Below, one piece after another: positions 54,401 to 64,000 of a DNA stretch of 64,000 bases. The stretch is taken from positions 2,852,001 to 2,916,000 of the forward strand of contig JAQFVV010000007.1 in the NCBI GenBank assembly GCA_028023455.1. The letters run 5' to 3'. The stretch is from Epiperipatus broadwayi. Taxonomy: Eukaryota; Animalia; Onychophora. The number at the start of each line of letters is the position of its first letter. Positions within the stretch are counted from its first letter, which is position 1. Under the pieces are notes generated by a model. The model was not told the origin of the DNA, did not search any database, and worked only from the letters and a program-made list of their open reading frames with translations. Both the position numbers and the translations under genes were made by a program.

Positions 54401-55790
54401 TGAAGGTGAGAATGTTGCTCTGGAAAATAATGAATATCTTTTTGATTATTATAAAATTGTGATGGATTTGTTTGTGAATTGGTGTATATCTTAGTTTTCA
54501 GCAAAACAATTATCTGTGGTTGAATAATGTAAAGCTATTTCTTAAGTTGATGTTTTTCTTCTACATAATTTGACATTGATAGACCCTGTTTTTATTAATG
54601 TTATCTTATTTAGTGTATAGATATAATAATACAAAAAATATATTTATTTTAACTGTTTAGTTCTATCTAAAGATATTAAGCCCTCGTGTAACAATTCTAT
54701 AGATTTATAATAAGCAATTACATTTGGACATGTCTCACTTACCTCTGTTATATTGATTAGCTCATTTGAACAATCACCTGCATTGGAATCTGGCAAGTTT
54801 TTATTTGACTTTTTAACTTTTTTTAACATGATCCAGAATCTGTGCTACGTTCTCTTAATCCTGGGGTTTGCAATTCACTTTTCCTTTCTCTTTTCTTTCA
54901 TGGTGAACAACCTGTTCTGCATTGTTATTTACTGCGTTTATATTCATGTCTGTAAGTGATGAACAAGGTATGATTGATTCAATAATATCTTGTGTAGTCT
55001 TGTTCATTACAATTGTATCTGTGTGAATTTTACTTATTTCACTTGTGATTTTTTGTGCTAGGAAAATGTTTTGATCTGATAGTTGACCTTGTCTTGGAAT
55101 ATTATCATCTGTTAATGTATTTTATATATAACTATCTGAGTCATTGATGTTATTATTAATTATACCAGTGATTGGTTTTTTCCCCCGCTGAATGTTGCAT
55201 ATTATTATTTGTATCATTTTTCTTTCTGCATTGACATATTGATGTGGCTCTCACTTCACAGTGTGGGCTCTTAATTTTTGGATATGCATTTATGATATGA
55301 CCTCTTTGCTTACAGTTGAAACACTGTGGTTTGATTTCTTGTTGCATTAAAAGGAGCATTGTTTCCTGGTCAGTAATTAGCATAGGATGTCATTTGGATT
55401 AATGTTTTTGTTTAAACACAGTTTAAAATAATAATTATTACTTGAGATTGGTATATGTGTATCTTTTAGATACATGGATTGGAACATTACCATTGACCCA
55501 AAAGGCTCCATTATTTTCTTAAAGTCATTAATATCATAAGTGAAATAGGTGTTGTTGTTTTTTTTATAATTCTGGTTACATAATTTTCTCTATTCCAATC
55601 TACTTTAATTAGTGCATATTTTTCCAGCATGTAAATTGTTTTTTCAAATTTATTTCTTTGACCTTTGTCAAAAAATTTGATAGAAATATATCTGGGATTT
55701 TGCTGATCAGCAATCCATAATATTGCATCCCACATGGTGTTTGCTATAATCATTTCATATAGTTAAATTTTTTGGAAATCTGTAGAGAGT
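51470..55790 (-). mobile_element. Near-full-length decayed L1/Tx1-clade LINE (ORF1 with CCHC knuckle; ORF2 APE-RT-zinc finger)
   Basis: QCFNCKQRGHIINAYP (knuckle); SINVK and IEDFN (APE); YLDIKSTFN, PQGSPLSALLF, AYMDD (RT); CKLCQRESETQSHFIFIC (C-terminal zinc finger). Boundaries approximate. Confidence 0.8.
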
Positions 55791-56020
55791 GCAATTTATA
55801 TCCATAATTGCTAGAATAATTGAATGAACTGTAAAAAAAACATTTAAATGAAAAATAAAGATATTTCAGTATTGTTGCATTCACGGCCTCTGAAGTTCTA
55901 CTTAAGTTTTAGTCCATCCAGGTCTCTTGCATCATGTTGATAGGCTTTTCCAGCATGTCTGTTAGTATATCTAATTTAAATGAGCAAAAAGTTTAGACTT
56001 TGTGGCTAATTATTCCAATG

Positions 56021-56313
56021 TATAAATATATAAAATGCGTTAAAATGCATGAACACACAAACCTGAAGACAAAGAAATCATAATATTGTAGAATGTAGAT
56101 TGATATAAACTAAATATATGTATTTAAGTATGTGGCTAAGTGCTTTAGAGGGCCGAGGTATTCATATTTAAATTGGCTATGAATATGAGAACCTTGGCCA
56201 CTTAGCCACATACTTAGATACATATATTTAGTTTATATCAATCTACAGTATTAAGATTTCTTTGTCTTCAGCCTTTGTGTGTTCAGTGTTTTAGCGCATT
56301 TTATATATTTATA
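56021..56313. mobile_element. ~293-bp imperfect fold-back (MITE-like) element
   Basis: Arms 56021-56143 and ~56200-56313 are imperfect reverse complements (outer 19 bp perfect). The inner segment also pairs (GGCCGAGG/CCTTGGCC, ATTCAT/ATGAAT). Confidence 0.7.
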
Positions 56314-56962
56314 TATCTAACTTAATAAGTTCATTCATTGATGATCATAAATAAAGCTAAGGGTTAGTCTTGCTTCCAACCCTGAAGATTTTACAATGGA
56401 AGTTTTACAAACATTATCTTTTTAGCAAATCTTCTCATTAATTATTGAGATCTCATGTCTGTGTCGCAATAATTCTACCAGAAATAAAGATATATAATGC
56501 ACTCAATTATATGATTAGGGATTGTTTCACAACAATTGCTCACATTCTCCTAGAAATTCATTTTGAATATATTTATGTTACATTGAAAAAATTTACTAAA
56601 AGGCTTCAGAATTTCTTTAAGAATGGAACTGGAATATCTAATAGAATCATGGATGATATTGACAGGTCTTTGTACAGACTAAAAGTATAATAAATAAACC
56701 AACTTCTCTTTTTTTATATATTTCAATCTGAATTGATAATGTAAGTTTTAGTTATCCTTAACATGAACAACTTGCATGGAATTCTTTTCTCAAACAAAAG
56801 ATGGAACTAACAATAACAAGAAAGCATTACTTTGTTTTTTTATTAATGCATTTTAGGGGAGAATGATAATTATTTTATAACTTTAAAGTAAAACAATGCA
56901 AACTTGAACTTCTTAAATCATTTGTCAGTCCTTGTTAGTTAAAAATGTCATTTATTTCTTTA

Positions 56963-57055
<93 letters not shown>
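56963..57055 (+). repeat. (AG)n microsatellite
   Basis: Direct inspection. Confidence 0.99.
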
Positions 57056-57058
<3 letters not shown>

Positions 57059-57315
57059 TCAAATATCTGAACTAAAACTCCCAATCTGCTCATATATATA
57101 TAAGCCAATATCTTGTTAACAAAATTAAGAATAAATGAGTGCTAAAATCACTATCTATTTAGTTTATATTTGATTGAGATTCTTTATGACAATTATAATG
57201 AAGTGATATATATGTGCATTTGTTTATGTGTTAAAAAAGAAAATATATAATCATGTTTTTTTTTTCCTTAAATGTAAAACAGGCAATATTACTTATTATG
57301 AAAGTATGTTTATTT

Positions 57316-57372
<57 letters not shown>

Positions 57373-57959
57373 ATGACACATAACATTTAGGGGAAAAGTA
57401 CTCTCTCAGCAGTTGTATCTTATTGCCTCCTTAGCTATTTACGATGATAATTTGTAATTAAGCTTTTAAGCTCATGGGCATTTTATAGTTTATAAGGTAT
57501 GGTTGTCTTAATTTTCACATTATTACTTGTTTTATTAAATTGTAAATACAGGCTTAAGAAAATATCTATACAAATATGAGTTAATGCCTTTTGGGCAAAT
57601 ATATCAGTGTTACTTGGTAGAAGGATCTGTGCCTATGTGCTTTTAATAATGAATATATGTCAAGTAATGCTATGCTAGCTGCCAGATGGATATTTTACCA
57701 GTCTTGGAGATAGCCATGTTTTGAGCTGATAAATGGATACTCTATGATGATAGGGATTCATAGCGCATGCTCCAGTTCTTACCCATGCTACACTGACTGC
57801 AAATGTGTCTTCATAGGAACATATCTATATATTTTATTACTTGATAATTATCTAGCCAATGCCAATAATAATATAGCCCACACATCAATTTGTTATATAT
57901 ATATTTCCGGCCTTTAACTTAATATAACCAGGTATTGTGTTTAATCTTGACAATTGGCA

Positions 57960-58470
57960 TATTAATTTTCTAGTGGCATATTTCTTGATCAAATGTTATC
58001 ATTATCAACATATAATTTTTTTTTGTAATGCTCATACACAGATAGCACTGATATCTAAATATTGTTGTTGTTGTTAACTTCTAGCTTATTTAGAATGTTC
58101 ATTCACAAATAATACTGATACACAAATATTGTTGTCATTGGAAACCTATAGTTTCTTTGTAAATGCTCATGCATGTATCATACTGATACCTAAATATTGT
58201 CATCATCATTAACTGCTAGTTCATTTGTAATGTCTATACAGTATCATAATGATTCATAGCTGTTGTTATCATTATTGACATATGATTTCTTTGTAATAAT
58301 CATACACTTATCATACTGATACATAAATACTGTTACCATTATCAATAGATAGTTCTTTTGTAATGCTCATATATGTCTAATACTGATATGTAAAGATTGT
58401 TGTAATTATTATTTCTGGTTCACTTGTAATGCCCATACATGGATCATAATAAGATCCAAACATTATTATT
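57960..58470. repeat. Diverged 66-68-bp tandem repeat, about 7-8 copies
   Basis: TGTAATG anchors at 58024, 58091, 58158, 58226, 58292, 58359 and 58425. Confidence 0.85.
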
Positions 58471-59104
58471 GTTATTTCTATCTTTTACTGACTTTGTGTT
58501 AATAAATCAGGTATATTTATGTCTATACATTTGTTGTGTCATTCCCTGGTTCACCACATCCACCCAACTATATCCACACTTAATTAAATAATCTACGTGT
58601 ATATTCAAAACTTATGAAATATATAAAAATGGTATTCTAAGCTGTGTCAAAGTATTAGGTTCTGATGGGAGCTGGTGAGTATCTTAAATTAATTTAGTAA
58701 TTCTATGCATGACTGAATCTGAGTTTGAATCTATAGAGTCCTTGTTTTACCCTGACCACCAGGACCGAAAAAAAATGATTGCCATTAGTAGCATCAGAAA
58801 CATTGGTCGGATAGTGGAGGTTTTGGAGCACTGGCAAATAGGTTAAAGCTTAGTACTGTTCTGTGACTACCATATCCTGAAGATGCTGGGTTTGAAGTAC
58901 TTTTGCTAGGTCTCTGAATCTTGTTGGCTGATCACATGATTTTGACTGTTACAATGACTAAGACATCTTCATGGTGCTTGACAAAGCAAGTTTTTAGTGA
59001 ATTATATACATTCTAACTAATCATATCAATAGTTTTTGATGTAGCAAAGAATAACTTGTTTGTTAGTTTATCTTTTGAACTCTACTAATATAAAACAAAG
59101 ATTC

Positions 59105-59108
<4 letters not shown>

Positions 59109-59183
<75 letters not shown>
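59109..59183 (+). repeat. (TA)n microsatellite abutting the palindrome
   Basis: Direct inspection; a second (TA)n lies at 59794-59806. Confidence 0.98.
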
Positions 59184-59188
<5 letters not shown>

Positions 59189-59793
59189 AAACCATAAAAC
59201 AATACAGTACTAGATTAAATTCAAAATTTTACCAAAATCCTTACACAACCATGGTTTCATCTACTACAAATAGACCTTCTCAAGTGAAAATCAACCTAAA
59301 GGAAAACATATATATATACAAACAAACAAACCTTCCCATAATTCATTTCAAACTCCACCTTCCCTTAATATCAAAAGAAGTCTTCATAAGATTGATAGCC
59401 TCAGAATCAAGGAGTTTTATCATCAAAGTCTCCTTTATTCTTCTTTTTAACTCATTCTTTTCATAAAATTTTATGAAAAGAATGAGTTAAAAAGAAGAAT
59501 AAAGGAGACTTTGATGATAAAACTCCTTGATTCTGAGGCTATCAATCTTATGAAGACTTCTTTTGATATTAAGGGAAGGTGGAGTTTGAAATGAATTATG
59601 GGAAGGTTTGTTTGTTTGTATATATATATGTTTTCCTTTAGGTTGATTTTCACTTGAGAAGGTCTATTTGTAGTAGATGAAACCATGGTTGTGTAAGGAT
59701 TTTGGTAAAATTTTGAATTTAATCTAGTACTGTATTGTTTTATGGTTTTGCATTTTTATTTTTTGCTAGTATAGTGTTAGACAGTTTTGGTTT
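59184..59793. mobile_element. PLE 3' end present as a 570-bp perfect palindrome (2 x 285 bp, no spacer) plus a 40-nt tail
   Basis: Centre CATAAAA|TTTTATG at 59468/59469; arms 59184-59468 and 59469-59753. The outward reading gives EKNELKRRIKETLMIK..INL..W* (GIY-YIG C-terminal helix). Confidence 0.85.
59647..59697 (+). ncRNA. Variant type I hammerhead (U3-A8 core, palindromic stem III); mirror copy on the minus strand at 59240-59290
   Basis: UUUUCAC-UUGAGAAG-GUCUA(UUUGUAG)UAGAU-GAAA-CCAUGG-UU|GUGUAAG; stem III ACCAUGGU is self-complementary; GUU triplet. Confidence 0.65.
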
Positions 59794-60059
59794 TATATAT
59801 ATATATGGATTTAATTCTTAAGCACTCTTTGGCTTCAAGTTTTGATGAAATGGTATAATAAACATAAAGTAATTAAATGCACTGAACAAGCTTTTGTCAA
59901 AACCCTGCCAGAATTATAGTGCTGAGTAAAGTTATGCAGTATAGATGTGCTTAAATAATTGACATGATGTAATTTGTAAATGAGCACAATATATAAACAA
60001 GGCAATTAAATATTCCACTTTTCAGACAATGAAACACATAAACCATTTTTGATTAAATG

Positions 60060-60117
60060 TGAATCCTTTGCAATTGCCCTCTCTGTATTGAATCCTTTGC
60101 AATTGCCCTCTCTGTAT
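60060..60117 (+). repeat. Perfect 29-bp tandem duplication
   Basis: TGAATCCTTTGCAATTGCCCTCTCTGTAT occurs twice. Confidence 0.95.
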
Positions 60118-60329
60118 TCTCTTTTCTTATCATCCCTTTTGTTTTGTTTAACCATGGAGGTTAATCAATTTGTGAAATAATTGTTAGACTAACCAATGTC
60201 TAACTGGCTCAATATTATATAATGTTTGTAATACTCCATGCAAGTAATGCATAAACCTAGCCAATAATTCTTGGCAGGGATATTCAAGTTAGTATTCCAG
60301 TGAGCCTAATTGTTAATATGTGAATAGGA

Positions 60330-61280
60330 ATTACTAATAAGAATCAAATTAAATGTTAGTTACAATGAATCCTTCAGCAATTATTATTCTTATACATAGG
60401 TGTAATATTATATCGAATCTCTAGTATTCATGATCAAGAAAGAGTGACTTGTGTTCAGTCTTTTGTTTTGCTCTATTGTAAAAATATGCACTTTGGGTGT
60501 TTTTTGTGGATCTATTTGCATGAGAGTCATCATAATATGCATATAGTTGCAGGAAGGGTTAGTACATGCAATTTTATAGATCACCTGAGTTGTATGCTCC
60601 AGAGGTACTTTGTCTTTAGTATTGTTTAACAAATTATTAAGAAAAGGCAATAACCTAAGGTTACCCCTGTATGTGTTAGTGTAAATGTTTCTAAGGTTAC
60701 TGGCAATATATGGGATGTCAGGAAGGCTTATCCACATTTTCATATTATTAATGTTTTTAACTTTATTTACATTGGTGTAAAAGCGTGTTATGATTATAAC
60801 CAAGCCCTATTAGATTATTAATTTATGCATCAACGTTTTTTCTATCTGCCTCATACTTGCATGGATTTTTGTTTCTATATAAGAAACATTTAAAGCAAGA
60901 CAGTTTGTGTTCTATTGGGACTTTGAATGTCTCCTTTATTTGTATAGGTTTTAGCTTCATTTTAAGGTTGAGCTCATTTTTATTTTTCTGGATATACATG
61001 TCCAGAAAATCTCATGATTGATATCTTTTACTTCAATAGTCCAATCAAGAGGCGATGTATTTTCGAGTTCCAACCGTATATTGTTGATCTGATCCTCCGA
61101 CTCACATATAAACACGTCATCTAGTATCTCATATAGATGTCGTTAGATGAAGGGACTAAATATTTAGGCAAGACATTATTCTCAAACTTAGACAGAACAA
61201 TGCTATGAACAATATCATTTAGTGGTAATCCCTTTAGCCATTCACTCTCCATATTTATTATACCTTTTCATCAGAACTCG
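60330..61280 (-). pseudogene. Penelope-like element RT (domains 4-7, thumb) plus GIY-YIG remnant
   Basis: KGLPLN..SKFEN..MRY/LDDVF..WTIE..FLDM (frameshifted), then WISLPDIP..NTKDKVP..VIYKIACTNPSCN. Confidence 0.8.
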
Positions 61281-64000
61281 AAGTCAACGAGTTCTTAAGA
61301 ATTACATAGTTTTATGAAAACAGTTAATACTTCGAGAATTATATATATGTATGGTAAACTTAAGACCTTGATCGAGCTAACTTTTATTTTTTAAATAAAT
61401 AACAAGGTATTATTTTGTCATTTATTTTTTTAAAAATGAATATTACTGATATTTTCAAAGTTTTCTTGCTATCAATTGATTTTTATGGTCGATATTTTAA
61501 CAACTCTATAAGTTCACTTTTTGATTTATGTCCCCCCTCCCTCTTCATTCTCATTTTATACATTACATTACCTTTTATTATGCACCCCTTCCCCCCGCCT
61601 ATCAAATTCGTTTCTAAACTAAGTAGTTTTTTGTGTCTTGCTTTTTATTTTTGTTCAGATATTTCATTTTTAAAAATTTTCTTAAATAAATTTAAATAAT
61701 ACGCAATAACTAGAGATTTCAGAGCTTTTCCTAATTAAGATTTATCCCCAATTTCTTTATATCCTTTTAACTTTTGTTTCTAAATATACTAAGATTTTAT
61801 TTTACAATTTCCTGACGAACAAAAAAAAGCAATACATTTTTTAAAACTCTAGTTATATCTTAAAACCCTAGTTACATCTTATCTCAAAGACTTCCAAAGT
61901 AATCTTATCTTTTTTTTTTTTTAATTATATGTCTGTTTAGCACGAAATTCTTACTTTGATCTCCCCCTTCACTGAAATTTCAACTCAATATAAAACATTA
62001 ATACAAACTATCTATCATTTTCTTTGCCTTTTACTATATTCTTAGTGACCACCATCATTTGTTCTCTGGGTTCTCATCTCAGTATCGCAATATCGTCAGA
62101 AAAATGTAATGTTTTAAATCTTTTTTATTATTAAATAAATATAAGCAAAACCTTTGGAAATATAAAAAAAAAAAATCTGAAAAACATTTTTTTAGTAAAA
62201 GATAATTCAGAGATCCAATATAGAATTCTATATTTACGCTTCTTTAAAATTAATAATATGTGTTTGAATCTTAATCTACAAACCAAATTTACTGTCACGA
62301 CGTTTAGGTAGTTTCTCTCAGTGTTAGAAGTGCTTATTATTATTATTTTTTACTTTTTTTAGAAATTGAATGAATGAAACTCGTCTAGTCGGTGGTTAAA
62401 CATTCCCCTATATTTTTTTAATAATATGAACAGATAACATTTCAGATTAAAATTGAATTGAAATATTTTTTCACTCTTATAAAGCTACATATTAAATCTG
62501 TTACAGATGTAAAATTAAATGGTTACAAAAATTTTTGAGTACGTCAAAATCTTTAATCTTTTATTCTAAATGATACGAGGGTGGGTGATTCTTATAGATT
62601 TATTGGTATTTTTCATTTTGATGCATTTATGATTGTTTATATATATATATAAGTTCCAAATAATTTTAACAATATATATATATTAATTAATAGCTGATTA
62701 ATTAAAATATATGTTTTATTATTGTTAAAATTATTTGAAACTTACATATAGTATATTTATAACGGATAATTTATAGTTGTTTATATATATACACACATTA
62801 TATTTGTATTCATATATATATATATATTGCGTGGGTATACTTATATATGAGTGTATATATATACAAATTTATACCAAGTCATATATTTTATCTTAGTAAT
62901 TATGTATTTGCATTTGATGCTCGCGTATGGGGTGTGTATACACATTCACACAATAATCACATTATTTGAGTCTTTTCATTATTTGTTTTAGAATTGAAGA
63001 TTCGAAGTTATAATTAATAGAAAAGTTTTCCAAACACGATTAAAATTGAAAATGTTTTTGGAAATGTTTAATATTAATTTGAAGCGAACGGCACACCTGA
63101 ATGTTTGAGTCTGAAGGCGGTCTATCGTATATATAACTTTGCCGACAAACTCAGGAAGTCCTTCTTTCATAATAGTTAAGTTGAGTAAAAAATACCGCCA
63201 AATCATCGTTTTATGCACCATTATTTGAGCGCTTGCCAGCCGAGTGACATCCATTCTCAACCTCGCTAGCCGCCCGGTTGGCTATGAAGAGCTTTGGCGG
63301 CGAAGTATTTTGAAGCTGACCCTTGATCCATTATAAACCAACCACTCATCCTTGACACAATCAACCAAAAAGAAATATTTTGATATATTTCAGGTAGCAC
63401 ACCGTTTCGGTTTTATTTAATTAATACCAAAATAAATAAATGAAATAAAATAATTATAATGTATTTATAAAGTAGAGGAACAGAAATATGAATAGTACAT
63501 GTTTAATTTATTTGAATATTAACCAGTGTGTAGATGCACGTATATATACATTCATTTACGAATAATTCTGTGCCTTAATAGCTAGCAAGCATGACTTAGA
63601 TTCGAATCGGAAACTTTTTTCCAGATTACAAATAAATTATTATTTTTTTTTTTTTAGTAACCAACACAAAGCAAATATCGATGGCAAAGAAATATCTAAC
63701 TATTTTTTAATTAGAAATTCAAACAAAAAGGTAAAACCTTAAACTTTCACCATTATCCAGCGTTTTTCCTCACTTTTCCTCTTTGAAGGTGTATTGTAAA
63801 AACTTTTGACCTACAGAGGGGTATTTAAAACATGTGTAGCGTTTACTATATATATTTAGCAATGTATAGATGCCTGTACATCGTAACCATTATTAGTAGT
63901 CATGAAGATCGTTGTTCAACACTTCTGCAAATAAAAGAAACAAATATGTGTAAGAAAAAGAGAACAAAACAAAGGAACAGATTAATACGAGACACATAGG

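Noticed and set aside
56060-56090. CTGAAGACAAAGAAATC as a minimal hammerhead in the fold-back
   Set aside because: Stem II cannot pair, and stems I and III are not supported.
56445-56690. 81-aa ORF faintly like an RLE-LINE C-terminus
   Set aside because: No PD-D/ExK or CCHC motif visible.
58870-58910. CTGAAGATGCTGGGTTTGAAGTACTT hammerhead-like string
   Set aside because: GAAG instead of GAAA and no stem I pairing.
59251-59686. Two identical 71-aa ORFs on opposite strands
   Set aside because: A consequence of the palindrome; the meaningful frame is the opposite (PLE) one.

Overview
Very AT-rich eukaryotic non-genic DNA, probably from an arthropod or other invertebrate (inferred from element types and CpG decay). 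No host protein-coding gene, rRNA, functional tRNA or CRISPR array is supported. The window is dominated by retroelements. (1) One intact, TSD-flanked RTE LINE (999-aa APE-RT ORF) whose 5' end is exactly the G1 of a complete HDV-like ribozyme, plus two decayed copies. (2) Penelope-like element (PLE) material: two GIY-YIG/RT remnants, a 570-bp perfect palindrome carrying a variant hammerhead in each arm, and an apparently non-coding ~460-bp hammerhead-bearing, retrozyme-like family inserted as 'inverted arm + sense arm + ~40-nt tail' with TSDs, including a 60-bp mini version. (3) A complete miniature LTR element with TG..CA LTRs, PBS, PPT and a 5-bp TSD. (4) Decayed CR1-type and L1/Tx1-type LINEs, a fold-back element, a tRNA-Gly-derived pseudogene and many micro/minisatellites. 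Ribozyme folds were derived by hand and coordinates counted by eye; family assignments come from motif recognition, not database searches.
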